From: Acidimicrobiia bacterium
GTDB lineage: Bacteria; Actinomycetota; Acidimicrobiia; Spongiisociales; JALYHC01
Assembly: GCA_050742155.1 (NCBI GenBank)
Contig: JBOGFC010000186.1
Span: 1-55,620, forward strand
DNA: 55,620 bases
Direction of reading: 5' to 3'
Shown: piece by piece, positions 1 through 8,618 of the stretch
Layout of the letters: every line of letters begins with the position of its first letter
Position numbering within the stretch: the first letter of the stretch is position 1
The notes under the pieces: generated by a model
Seen by the model: the letters and a program-made list of their open reading frames with translations, nothing else
Database searches by the model: none
What the model was told of the DNA's origin: nothing
Made by a program: the position numbers and the translations under genes

Positions 1-165
1 CTCCCCGGCCCTCCCCCTCAGGGGAGGGAGCGGTGTCCCAGACCTTCCCCTCAGGGGAGGGAGCGGGTCCCCGACCTTCCCCTCAGGGGAGGGAGCGGTG
101 TCCCCGACCTTCCCCTCAGGGGAGGGAGCGGTGTCCCCAGAGGGGGAGGGAGCGGTGCCCCAGCC
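1..165. repeat. Tandem array (about 4.5 units, period 32-33 bp) of a GC-rich hairpin unit, CCTTCCCC-TCA-GGGGAGGG followed by AGCGGTGTCCCCGA
   Basis: GGGGAGGGAGCGG recurs at about nt 21, 54, 86, 119 and 143. Each unit holds an 8-bp stem. The array is cut by the left window edge. The + strand ORFs 33..263 and 98..403 are just translations of it. Confidence 0.85.
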
Positions 166-1713
166 GCCACCTCCGGGGGTCTCCACCCTCACCCGGTCGC
201 CCTCGTGCACCGGCCAGGTGCCCTTGGAGGGAAGCTCTTCCTCCCGCCCGTCGGGATGGATGAGCACGTTGCGGCCCGGGGCGCCGTCCTCCCCACCGGC
301 CAGGCCCCAGGGAGCCGACGTGCGCCGCTCGCTCTGGATGGTGAGGGTGGCCTGGTCGGCCAGGACCTCCACCTCCCGCACCAGGCCCTCCCCTCCCTGG
401 TAGCGCCCGGCCCCACCGGAGCCCTCGCGCAGCTCGTACCGCCAGATCCGCAGCGGGTAGGCCAGCTCGATGGCCTCGGCGGGGGTGTTGCGGGTGTTGG
501 TCATCCCCGTGTGCACCCCGGACATTCCGTCCCGGAACGGGGTGGCACCCTCCCCTCCGGCCAGGGTCTCGTAGTAGCTGAACGCCTGGCCCTGTCCCGA
601 TCCGATCAGGAGGTTGTTCATCGTCCCCTGGCCGGCGGCCGGCACGCGCTCGGGCAACGCCTGGGCGAATGCTCCGAGGAGCGCGTCGACGATCCGCTGG
701 CTGGTCTCCACGTTGCCGGCCGCCACCGGGGCGGGGGGGAGGGCGTTCACCACGCTCCCGCGGGGAGCGCGCACCTCGAGTGGGCGATAGCAGCCGGCGT
801 TGGGGGGCGCCTCCGGGTCGGTGAGCATGCGCAGCACGAAGTAGCAGCAGGAGAGCGTGATGGCGTAGACGGCGTTGAGGTTGGCGGGCAACTGGGCATC
901 CGTCCCCTCGAAGTCGATCTCGATCCGGTCGCCCTCGACCGTCACCTCCACGGCGATCTGGGTCCGTCCGCCGGGCCCGATCTCCAGGTGGTCGGCGAAG
1001 CGGTACCTGCCATCGGGGATCTGCCGGACGGCGGCACGCACCCGCCGCTCGCTGTAGTCGCAGATGGCCTGCATGGCCCGGTGCAGCCCGTCCGGGCCGT
1101 AGCGGTCGGCCAGCTCGCCCAACCGGACGGTTCCGACGTGGTTGGCGGCGAGCTGGGCGCGCAGGTCGCCCATCCGCTCCTGCGGAGTGCGCGAGTTGGC
1201 GGCGATGAGCTCGAGGACGTCGCGCCGCAACCCGGCCCCATCGGTCAGCATGGTGGGTGGCACCCGCAGCCCCTCCATGACGATCTCGGTGGCGGTGGCC
1301 GGCATGGATCCCGGGGCGGCCCCTCCCACGTCGGCATGGTGGGCCCGGTTGGCCACGTAGCCGAGGAGATGCCCGCTCCGGTCTCCCACCGCCGAGACGA
1401 TGGTCAGGTCCGGCAAGTGGGTACCGCCGGCGTAAGGGTCGTTGACCACCGCTTGGGTGCTCGGTGCGAGCCGTCCCCCGAAGGCGGCCAGCACCGCCTC
1501 CACGCTGGCCGGCATGGAGCCGAGGTGGACCGGGATGTGCTCGGCTTGGGCCACCATCTCGCCCTCCGGGCCGAAGACGGCCGCCGAGCAGTCCGCCCGT
1601 TCCTTGATGTTGGGCGAGTAGGCGGCTCGTCGGAGGGCCACTCCCATCTCCTCGGCCACGCCGGCCAGCGCGTGACGCACCACCTCCAGCTCGGTGGGGC
1701 CCAGCTCAGTCAC
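1..1713 (-). CDS. hyuB: Hydantoinase B / oxoprolinase family protein (N-methylhydantoinase B-like); stop codon not reached inside the window
   Basis: Absent from the ORF track because no stop occurs before the window edge. Hand reverse-translation from GTG at 1713 (GTGACTGA overlap with the hyuA stop) reads VTELGPTELEVVRHALAGVAEEMGVALRRAAYSPNIKERADCS...VVNDPYAGGTHLPD...ETPGGGGWG, the Hydantoinase_B pattern. It lies directly downstream of hyuA. Confidence 0.85.
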   Translation of the reverse strand, partial: MTELGPTELEVVRHALAGVAEEMGVALRRAAYSPNIKERADCSAAVFGPEGEMVAQAEHIPVHLGSMPASVEAVLAAFGGRLAPSTQAVVNDPYAGGTHLPDLTIVSAVGDRSGHLLGYVANRAHHADVGGAAPGSMPATATEIVMEGLRVPPTMLTDGAGLRRDVLELIAANSRTPQERMGDLRAQLAANHVGTVRLGELADRYGPDGLHRAMQAICDYSERRVRAAVRQIPDGRYRFADHLEIGPGGRTQIAVEVTVEGDRIEIDFEGTDAQLPANLNAVYAITLSCCYFVLRMLTDPEAPPNAGCYRPLEVRAPRGSVVNALPPAPVAAGNVETSQRIVDALLGAFAQALPERVPAAGQGTMNNLLIGSGQGQAFSYYETLAGGEGATPFRDGMSGVHTGMTNTRNTPAEAIELAYPLRIWRYELREGSGGAGRYQGGEGLVREVEVLADQATLTIQSERRTSAPWGLAGGEDGAPGRNVLIHPDGREEELPSKGTWPVHEGDRVRVETPGGGGWGTAPSPSGDTAPSPEGKVGDTAPSPEGKVGDPLPPLRGRSGTPLPPLRGRAGE

Positions 1714-3676
1714 GGAGCCGCACCAAGAGATTGGCGGATTGGTCGACGACGGCCGTGTCGTCCGGGAGGAGCAGCGTGGTGGCGTCGGCCTGCTCCACCA
1801 CCGCCGGGCCGCGGACCACGTCCCCAGGGGACAGGGCGGCCCGGTCGACCACCCGGGCGGTGAGGACCTCCCCCCCGAGCCGCACCTCTCGCTTCCGCTC
1901 CGGCAGAGCCGGACCGTGGTCCCAGATCGTGGGCGGAGCCGCGAGGTGAGGGGACCCTTGGGCGACCACCCGCAGGGTGACCACCTCGACGGTCTCCTCG
2001 GAAAGGGCGTAGCCGTAGGCGAGGCGGTGGGCCTCGTGGAAGGAGGCGGCCGCCTGGGCCAGGGCGGCGGCCTTCACTCGCAGCTCGTGCGACTGGCCCG
2101 GGTACCGACAGTCGGCGAAACGGGTCAGCTCGATCGGCCTCTCGGCACCCTGTCGGTGAAGCTCCTCCCGGGCCGCCTCACCCAGCTCCTGCCACACGGC
2201 GGGAAGGCGCGCCTCATCGAGCCCCAAGACGGTGCGGGAGGCCTCATAGCGGGCCGCCGCCAGGAGCAGGCCGAGGGCGCTGAAGACCCCTGGGGCGGGT
2301 GGGACGATCACCGCCCGGCAGCCCAGCTCCCGGGCCAGCGTGGTGGCGTGGAGCGGCCCGGCCCCCCCGTAGGCGACCAGGGCCAGCCCGGACGGCGAGA
2401 CCCCTCGCTCGGTGGTCACCCGCCGCAGGGCGCGGGCCATGGTCGCCCGCACCACCTGCAGGATGCCTTCGGCCCCTCCGGCGGGGGAGGGGAGAGTGGC
2501 CAGGGCCCGCCGAGCGCCCTCCGGATCTAGCTGCAGACCCCCGAGAGGGCGCTCCGGGTCGAGGTGTCCCAGGGCGCAGTGGGCGTCGGTGACGGTAGGC
2601 TCGGTGCCGCCCCGCCCGTAGCACGCCGGTCCGGGCCGGGAGCCTGCCGAACGGGGGCCGACTCGCAGGGCTCCGCCCTCGTCCAGCCAGGCCACCGACC
2701 CGCCTCCGGCCCCCACCGTGTGGACGGCCACCGCGGGAGTGCGAAAGGGGAAACCGGCGATCTGGGACTCACCGAGCACCTCCGGTCGTCCGTCTCTGAT
2801 CAAGCAGGCATCGGTCGAGGTCCCGCCCATGTCCAAGGCCACTGCGTCGTCGAAACCGGCCCCCCGGGCGACGGCGGCGGCCGCCACTACCCCGGCGGCC
2901 GGTCCGGAGAGGAGGGTGTGCACCGGTGCCTCGGCGGCGAAGTCCAGGCTGGCGGTGCCGCCGGACGAGGTCATCACCCACACGGTGCTCCCACCGAGCC
3001 GCCGCCCGAGCCCGGCCAGGTAGCGGTCCATCACCGGGGCCAGCGCCGCGTTGAGTACGCAGGTCGAGGCCCGCTCGTACTCCCTGAACTCCGGGAGCAG
3101 GCGGCTCGACCGGGTGACCGGGACGTCGAGTCGCCGGCGAATGGCGGTTTCCAGGCGCTCCTCGTGGGTGGGGTCGGCGAAGGAGAAGAGGAGGCTGATG
3201 GCCACCGAGCGGGGGCGTAAGCCGGCCACTGCCTCCGCCACCCGGGCCACTTCGCCCTCGGTCAGCTCCACGAGGACGCGGCCGTCCGCTCCGGTTCGCT
3301 CCCGGACCGTGACCACCTGGTGGTGAGGGACCAGCGGGCGCGGACGAACCTTGCCGAGATCGTAGAGGGAAGGCCGGTCCTGGCGACCGATGGCCAACAG
3401 ACCGGAGAACCCATCCGTCGTCACCAGCACGATCCCACCGGTCGACCCCTCCAGAATGGCGTTGGTGGCGGTGGTGGTGCCATGGCCGACCAGGGCCTCG
3501 GCCCCTCCAGCCATCGCTGCCAATCCGCGCACCACCGCCTCCGCCTGGTCGTCGGGAGTGGTGGGGACCTTCGTGGCCCGCGGCCTGCCATCCGCCTCGA
3601 GGATCACCACATCGGTGAAGGTGCCCCCGACATCGACACCGGCCAGTTGCCTCATCGTCTCGACCCTACCGGCCAT
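1706..3676 (-). CDS. hyuA: Hydantoinase A / oxoprolinase family protein (N-methylhydantoinase A-like)
   Basis: 656-aa track ORF. The N-terminus MRQLAGVDVGGTFTDVV is the typical Hydantoinase_A start. ATG at 3655 is an alternative start. Confidence 0.9.
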   Translation of the reverse strand: MAGRVETMRQLAGVDVGGTFTDVVILEADGRPRATKVPTTPDDQAEAVVRGLAAMAGGAEALVGHGTTTATNAILEGSTGGIVLVTTDGFSGLLAIGRQDRPSLYDLGKVRPRPLVPHHQVVTVRERTGADGRVLVELTEGEVARVAEAVAGLRPRSVAISLLFSFADPTHEERLETAIRRRLDVPVTRSSRLLPEFREYERASTCVLNAALAPVMDRYLAGLGRRLGGSTVWVMTSSGGTASLDFAAEAPVHTLLSGPAAGVVAAAAVARGAGFDDAVALDMGGTSTDACLIRDGRPEVLGESQIAGFPFRTPAVAVHTVGAGGGSVAWLDEGGALRVGPRSAGSRPGPACYGRGGTEPTVTDAHCALGHLDPERPLGGLQLDPEGARRALATLPSPAGGAEGILQVVRATMARALRRVTTERGVSPSGLALVAYGGAGPLHATTLARELGCRAVIVPPAPGVFSALGLLLAAARYEASRTVLGLDEARLPAVWQELGEAAREELHRQGAERPIELTRFADCRYPGQSHELRVKAAALAQAAASFHEAHRLAYGYALSEETVEVVTLRVVAQGSPHLAAPPTIWDHGPALPERKREVRLGGEVLTARVVDRAALSPGDVVRGPAVVEQADATTLLLPDDTAVVDQSANLLVRLRD

Positions 3677-3689
3677 AATCAGGGCGCTG

Positions 3690-4856
3690 ATGCGACCAAC
3701 AGTCGTGAGCGTGGTGCTGTCCGGCCTGCTCCTGGCCGGGTGTGACGGTGGCGTCGCCGACCCGGCTCAGATGCGGCTGCTCGTGCTCGGGGAGGACGGG
3801 AACATCGCCACCGTGCTCCCGGACGGGAGCGAGCGCAGGCTCCTCACCGAAGATGCCGGCCGTCAACATCGGTACTTCCAGCCCACCTGGTCGCCGGCGG
3901 GTGACCGGGTGGCCTTCTCGGAGCTGGCAGTTCGGGACGGTACCCAGGCAAGCGCGTTGGTGGTCGCCGACGCCGAGGGCGACCGGCAGGCAGCCTTCGA
4001 GACCACCTCCCCGGCCTTCTACCTCTCCTGGAGCCCCGACGGTGAGCACCTGGGCTACCTGGGCAACGCTCCGGGAGGGATCGAGCTGGGGATGGTGCAG
4101 ACTGACGGGGCCGCGGGGCAACCGGAGATCCTGACCCAGGGGCAACCCCTCTACTTCTCCTGGGCCCCCGACGGGCAACGGCTGCTGGCCCACATCGATG
4201 GGGCCCGCATGGTGACGATCTCCCTCGAGGGCGAGGCATCTGAGCTCGACGTTTCCCCGGCAGCCTTCCAGGCTCCCCAGTGGAGTCACGACCGGAGGGC
4301 CTTTGCCGTCGCCGCGGACTCCGGCCAGCAGCTGGTGATCGCCGCCCCGGACGATACCCGGCGCCAGGTGGTCGCCTTCGAGGGGTTCATCAGCTTCCTG
4401 CTGAGCCCGGACGGCGATCGCATCGCCTACCGGGCCCTCTCGGCGACGTCGCCCGGAGAGTTGGTGGTGCAGTCGGCAGACGGCGACCGGCGGAGCGCGG
4501 CCCGCAATCCGGTGGTGGCCTTCTTCTGGAGCCCGGACGGGCGGAAGCTCCTCTACCTCGTGCCCGAACCGGAGGAGGAGGCGCCCTGGTTCCGCTGGTA
4601 CGTGTGGGATGGGGAGGAATCGCAGCCCCTGGGCAGATTCGTCCCCAGCCCGATCCTGGCCCGCGACTACCTGCCCTTCTTCGACCAGTTCGCCCAGAGC
4701 CTCAGCTTCTGGTCGCCCGGATCTGATGCCTTCGTCTACGCCGGCCGTGGCGAGGACGGGGGGGAGGGGATCTGGATACAGCGCCTGGGCGGGGATCGGG
4801 AGCCGGAGCCGGTCACCAAGGGGCTCTTCGCCTCCTGGCCCCCGGCTGGCCCCTGA
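3690..4856 (+). CDS. TolB-like beta-propeller lipoprotein (PD40/WD40-like repeats)
   Basis: Track ORF 3390..4856 trimmed to ATG 3690 (residue 101). MRPTVVSVVLSGLLLAGC is a lipobox signal peptide. It is followed by repeated WSPAG/WSPDG/WAPDG/LSPDG motifs. Confidence 0.8.
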   Translation: MRPTVVSVVLSGLLLAGCDGGVADPAQMRLLVLGEDGNIATVLPDGSERRLLTEDAGRQHRYFQPTWSPAGDRVAFSELAVRDGTQASALVVADAEGDRQAAFETTSPAFYLSWSPDGEHLGYLGNAPGGIELGMVQTDGAAGQPEILTQGQPLYFSWAPDGQRLLAHIDGARMVTISLEGEASELDVSPAAFQAPQWSHDRRAFAVAADSGQQLVIAAPDDTRRQVVAFEGFISFLLSPDGDRIAYRALSATSPGELVVQSADGDRRSAARNPVVAFFWSPDGRKLLYLVPEPEEEAPWFRWYVWDGEESQPLGRFVPSPILARDYLPFFDQFAQSLSFWSPGSDAFVYAGRGEDGGEGIWIQRLGGDREPEPVTKGLFASWPPAGP

Positions 4857-4866
4857 GCTCAGCCCG

Positions 4867-5787
4867 GTGAGATACCTCTGTGCCGATCAGCTGCGGGAGG
4901 CGCTGCCCATCCGGGCGGCCATCGAGGCGATGGAGGCGGCCTTCGGTGACGACGCCGAGGCTCCTCAGCGGGTGGCGCTGGGGGGATCTCTCTTCATGCC
5001 CGGCCGGGTGGGGCCCCATACCGGGGTGAAGGTCGTGTCCACCGTCCCCGGCCGGCCCTCTGGCATCGTGGCGGTCTTCGCCGAGGACGGGCGCCCGCTG
5101 GGAATGGTGGACGGTCCCACCTTGACCTCGCTGCGGACGGCCGCCGGGGCCGGCTTGGCCACCCGCCTGCTCGCCCGGCAGGACGCCCGGGTGATGGCCA
5201 TGCTGGGCGCCGGGGCGATGGCCTTCGACCAGGTTCAGGCGGTCCGGGCGGTGCGGGACATCGAGCGGGTCTTGGTGTGGAGCCGGACTCACGAGCGGGC
5301 CCTCCGGCTGGCCGAGCGGGTGGGAGGAGAGGCCCTGAATGATGCCGATCAGGCGGTCGCCCAGGCGGACGTGGTCACCTGCGCCACCCCGGCTCGCAAG
5401 CCACTCTTCTCGCCCGAGGCGGTGAGGCCCGGCGCCCACCTCAATGCCATCGGCGCCTTCACACCCGAGATGGTGGAGGTGCCGGCGGAGGTGGTGCGGA
5501 GCGCCTGGGTGGTGGTCGACAGCCGGGAGGCGGCGGCCGCCGAGGCCGGCGACCTGCTGCAGGCGGGACGTCCTCCCGACGCCACGGTGGGCGACCTGCT
5601 GGCCGGGCGGAGGCCGGGCCGTCAGGGCGATCAGCAGCTCACTCTGTTCAAGTCGGTCGGCGTAGCCGGGCAGGACGTCGCCGCCACGGTGGCGGCCCTC
5701 GGTCGAGCGCGTCTGTCCGACCTGGGCACCTCGCTCGATGAGCTCAGGAAGCCGGCAACCGCGCCCGGACGGTCCAGACCGGGGTGA
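4867..5787 (+). CDS. Ornithine cyclodeaminase / mu-crystallin family protein
   Basis: Track ORF 4609..5787 trimmed to GTG 4867, just after the upstream stop. Has the Rossmann motif MLGAGAMA and family-typical segments LTSLRTAA and HLNAIGAF. Confidence 0.8.
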   Translation: MRYLCADQLREALPIRAAIEAMEAAFGDDAEAPQRVALGGSLFMPGRVGPHTGVKVVSTVPGRPSGIVAVFAEDGRPLGMVDGPTLTSLRTAAGAGLATRLLARQDARVMAMLGAGAMAFDQVQAVRAVRDIERVLVWSRTHERALRLAERVGGEALNDADQAVAQADVVTCATPARKPLFSPEAVRPGAHLNAIGAFTPEMVEVPAEVVRSAWVVVDSREAAAAEAGDLLQAGRPPDATVGDLLAGRRPGRQGDQQLTLFKSVGVAGQDVAATVAALGRARLSDLGTSLDELRKPATAPGRSRPG

Positions 5788-6991
5788 GGACCAGCAGCAT
5801 CCCGGCGGCGATGACGAGCAGCGGGGCGGTACGAAACAGGGTGACCACCCCAATGTGCTCGGCCAGCAGGCCTCCCAAGGCCGCCCCCACCGGCAAGCTG
5901 GCCCAGGCCACCGTTCGGGAGGCGGCGATCACCCGGCCCAGGAGCCGGGTGGGGGTGAAGCTCTGGCGGTAGGTGATGAGGGAGACCTGCACCCACGAGA
6001 CCCCGTAGAAGGACAGGAACACGCTGGAGGCCCCTCCGAGGAAGCCGGTGGCGAAGGACGCCAGGAACATGCCCGTGCCGAGGAGGATCACTCCCAGCAC
6101 GAAGGTCCGCCCCAGACCGAGCCGGTGGGTCACCTGGGGAGTGGTGGCGGCCCCGGTCACCGCTCCCAGGCCGATGGCGGCGAAGAGCAGCCCGATCCTG
6201 GACGGCTCCAGCCCCATCTGCTGCTGGGCCAACAGCACCAGGGTCACCTCGAGAGGGGCCACCACCAGGTTGGCCAATGCCCCGGCCAAGGTCATCAGCC
6301 GCAGGTGGATGTCGGCCCACAAGTAGCTCACGCCCTCGCGCAGCTCCCGGGAGAACCGGCGCTGCTCCACCAGGGGGCGAGGACGGACCCCGCGCAACAG
6401 GAACAGCGACAGAGCCGAGACCGCGAAGGTGAGGGCGTTGAAGCCGAAGGCGGCCCCGAAGCCCAGGGCCACGCTCAGGTAGCCGGCCAGCGCCGCCCCC
6501 AGCGGGAAGGTCAACGATTGGGAGATCTGGAGGATCGAGTTGGCCCGGGGGAGGGATGCTTCCGGGACCACCGAGGGGATGAGGGCCTGCAGGCCGGAAT
6601 CGAAGAACACCTTGGCCGATCCGGTCAGGAAGGCCACCGCGAACACCATCCAGATCTCCGCCCGTGATCCGGTCACCGCCAGGGCGAGGGCCGAGAACCC
6701 GGCGGCGCGGACCAGGTCGGCCAGGACCAGGACCGGGCGCCACCGCAAGCGGTCCAGGTAGACGCCGGCGGCGAAGCCGAGCAGGAGGGTCGGCAGGGTC
6801 TCGGCGGTGGCCGTCAGCCCGAGGTCGAGCGCCGATCGCGTCAACTCGGCCACGAAGAGCGGCAGGGCCACGTAGGCCACCGCGTCGCCCAGCAGGGAGA
6901 CGGTCTGCCCAGCCCATAAGGCCAGGAAGTTGGCGCGAGCGAGCCGGCGCGCCACCAGCCGCTCGCTGCGCGAGAGAACCGTCTCCGACAC
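5744..6991 (-). CDS. MFS transporter (MFS_3 / EntS-like exporter type)
   Basis: Track ORF 5744..7429 trimmed to GTG 6991 (TTG 6994 is possible). Multiple hydrophobic helices. The N-terminal region FLALWAGQTVSLLGDAVAYVALPLFV is typical of this MFS subgroup. The rest of the long ORF is antisense to the gene at 7070. Confidence 0.8.
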   Translation of the reverse strand: MSETVLSRSERLVARRLARANFLALWAGQTVSLLGDAVAYVALPLFVAELTRSALDLGLTATAETLPTLLLGFAAGVYLDRLRWRPVLVLADLVRAAGFSALALAVTGSRAEIWMVFAVAFLTGSAKVFFDSGLQALIPSVVPEASLPRANSILQISQSLTFPLGAALAGYLSVALGFGAAFGFNALTFAVSALSLFLLRGVRPRPLVEQRRFSRELREGVSYLWADIHLRLMTLAGALANLVVAPLEVTLVLLAQQQMGLEPSRIGLLFAAIGLGAVTGAATTPQVTHRLGLGRTFVLGVILLGTGMFLASFATGFLGGASSVFLSFYGVSWVQVSLITYRQSFTPTRLLGRVIAASRTVAWASLPVGAALGGLLAEHIGVVTLFRTAPLLVIAAGMLLVLTPVWTVRARLPAS

Positions 6992-7069
6992 CAAGAGTGA
7001 TGGTAGCCAGGCCCACTTCGGCTGACCGGGCCTCCGGGATACCGGCGGGCCGACGGTAGCCTCGCATCG

Positions 7070-7696
7070 ATGGAGGCCCGAACCCTTCCCCTCTTCCCTC
7101 TGCACCGGGTGTTGCTCCCCGGGGCGGTGCTGCCGCTGCACGTCTTCGAGGAGCGCTATCAGCTCATGATGGACCAGCTCGAGGACGAGCGGTTCGGCGT
7201 GGTGCTGATCACCGAGGGTAGAGAGGTGGCGGGACCCTCCCAGCACTCCGACGTAGGGACCGAGGCGAGGATCGTTCGCAGCCGGAGGTTTCCCGACGGC
7301 CGAGCGGTGCTGGTAGTGGTCGGCGAGCGGCGCTTCGAGGTGGTGGAACGGCTGTCCCTCGAGCCGTACCCTCTCGCTCTGGTGGAGTACCTGCCGGAGG
7401 AGCCGGGCGGGTGGCCGGGCCTCTCTCAACTGCGTGACCAGGTGGAACGAGCGCTACGGCGCTGCTCGGCCCTGGCGGTGGAGAGCGGGGAGACGGCCGA
7501 CGTCTCGCCGGCCGTCTCCGAGGACCCCCTGACGGCCTCCTATCAGGTAGCCTCGCTGATGCGGATCTCGAATCCCGAGCGCCAGGAGCTCCTCGAGCTT
7601 CCCACCGCCGAGGCGCGCCTCGAGCGGGAGCTGGCGGTTTTGCGACGGGAGATCGAGCTGTTGGAGCGGTTGCTGGCGAAGGGACGATCGACTTGA
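7070..7696 (+). CDS. LON N-terminal substrate-binding domain protein (stand-alone, no AAA or protease module)
   Basis: 208 aa. MEARTLPLFPLHRVLLPGAVLPLHVFEERY matches the Lon N-domain start. Confidence 0.8.
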   Translation: MEARTLPLFPLHRVLLPGAVLPLHVFEERYQLMMDQLEDERFGVVLITEGREVAGPSQHSDVGTEARIVRSRRFPDGRAVLVVVGERRFEVVERLSLEPYPLALVEYLPEEPGGWPGLSQLRDQVERALRRCSALAVESGETADVSPAVSEDPLTASYQVASLMRISNPERQELLELPTAEARLERELAVLRREIELLERLLAKGRST

Positions 7697-7980
7697 GGGA
7701 TGTCAAAGACCTGCCGGAGATGTTCGGCGAGCTCATGCAGATGTCCAAGGACTACCTGCGCCAAGAGGGTCTGGGACCGGCCCGCCGCCTGGGCAGGGTG
7801 GCCGGGTACGGTGTAGGAGCGGGAGTGGCCTTTGCGATCGGAGGGGTGCTCTGGGCGGTGGTGGGCATGCGGGCGCTGGCCCGCGGGCTCCCCGATGGCT
7901 GGGACTGGTCCGCCTACGTGATGGCGGCGGCGGTTCTGGCGGGGATGGCGGCCGGGGTCGTGGCGGCAGCGAGGCGATGA
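7693..7980 (+). CDS. Small two-helix membrane protein (weak resemblance to actinobacterial holin-X/DUF1469-type proteins)
   Basis: 95 aa with a TTGA overlap on the upstream stop. Hydrophobic helices are VAGYGVGAGVAFAIGGVLWAVVG and YVMAAAVLAGMAAGVVAA. Confidence 0.6.
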   Translation: MRDVKDLPEMFGELMQMSKDYLRQEGLGPARRLGRVAGYGVGAGVAFAIGGVLWAVVGMRALARGLPDGWDWSAYVMAAAVLAGMAAGVVAAARR

Positions 7981-8174
7981 AGGTGGACCGGTCCGATATC
8001 GAGGCGAAGGTCCGGGAGATCGAGGGCATCCTGCAGGACACCAAGGAGACGGTACGAAACCGGGCCGTGCTGGGAGCAGGGGCGGCCGTCGGCGTGCTCT
8101 TGCTCTCCTTCTTGTGGGGTCGCCGCAAAGGACGCAAGTCGGCGGCGGTGGTGGAGGTCTACAAGGTCAGGTAG
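7977..8174 (+). CDS. Small single-pass membrane protein (DUF3618-like, weak)
   Basis: 65 aa with an ATGA overlap. Charged helical N-part followed by one TM helix, AVLGAGAAVGVLLLSFLW. Confidence 0.55.
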   Translation: MKVDRSDIEAKVREIEGILQDTKETVRNRAVLGAGAAVGVLLLSFLWGRRKGRKSAAVVEVYKVR

Positions 8175-8206
8175 CCGAACTGAATGCAATAGTGGACCGC
8201 GGCGGT

Positions 8207-8230
8207 CTAGCCAAGCCTTAGGTTCGCAGG
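8207..8230. repeat. Solitary degenerate copy of the terminal repeat of the 38775..39897 cassette
   Basis: CCTTAGGTTCGCA (8216..8228) matches CCTAAGGTTCGCA at 39887..39899 in 12 of 13 positions, and matches CCTTAGGTTC of the left repeat 10 of 10. A CTAG lies just upstream, as in the repeats. It sits in a low-GC spacer between convergent genes. Confidence 0.45.
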
Positions 8231-8240
8231 CGGTGGCGCC

Positions 8241-8468
8241 CTACTTCACCCGCCGCAGCTTGGAGAAGGGCTCTTCGCCGGGGGCCGCTACCCGGACCAT
8301 CAGCCCCTGGCCCGGCTTGAGGCGGCGCCGCAGGACCCGCTTGGGCTCGCTCCGGATCAGCCGGCGATAGATGGCGCTCAGAAGCAGCAGCGATCCCACC
8401 GTCACCAGGCCGGGCCTTCCCTCCTTGGCGCCCCGGGTGAGGTAGCGGGTGGCGAAGATGGTCCTCAT
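8241..8468 (-). CDS. Hypothetical small membrane-anchored protein
   Basis: 75-aa track ORF with strong G/C third-position bias. One hydrophobic helix (LVTVGSLLLLSAIY) and a basic tail. No family recognised. Confidence 0.45.
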   Translation of the reverse strand: MRTIFATRYLTRGAKEGRPGLVTVGSLLLLSAIYRRLIRSEPKRVLRRRLKPGQGLMVRVAAPGEEPFSKLRRVK

Positions 8469-8505
8469 GCCCGGGAAGCATAGGCGGGCCTCCTAGAGTT
8501 GGACC

Positions 8506-8610
8506 ATGCAATGGAGGACCCGCCAGCGGATGGCCCGGGTGGTGGCGGCGGTGATCCTGGTGGCCGTGGCCCTCTACTTCGTGCTCATCTTCTTCCCCCA
8601 GACGTACTAG
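8506..8610 (+). CDS. Candidate 34-aa membrane micro-protein
   Basis: Below the ORF-track size cut-off. ATG..TAG reads MQWRTRQRMARVVAAVILVAVALYFVLIFFPQTY. Nearly all third positions are G/C and there is one TM helix. No clear Shine-Dalgarno sequence. Confidence 0.3.
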   Translation: MQWRTRQRMARVVAAVILVAVALYFVLIFFPQTY

Positions 8611-8618
8611 TGCGGTGT

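Noticed and set aside
1-165. Possible CRISPR array at the left edge
   Set aside because: The units are directly adjacent, with a 32-33 bp period and no unique spacers. No cas genes are nearby, and the unit belongs to a dispersed hairpin family.
205-1863. 552-aa + strand ORF, the longest ORF in the track for this region
   Set aside because: It is an antisense shadow of hyuB. It has Gly/Pro/Arg/His-rich composition and no family-like motifs, while the opposite strand gives a clean Hydantoinase_B translation.
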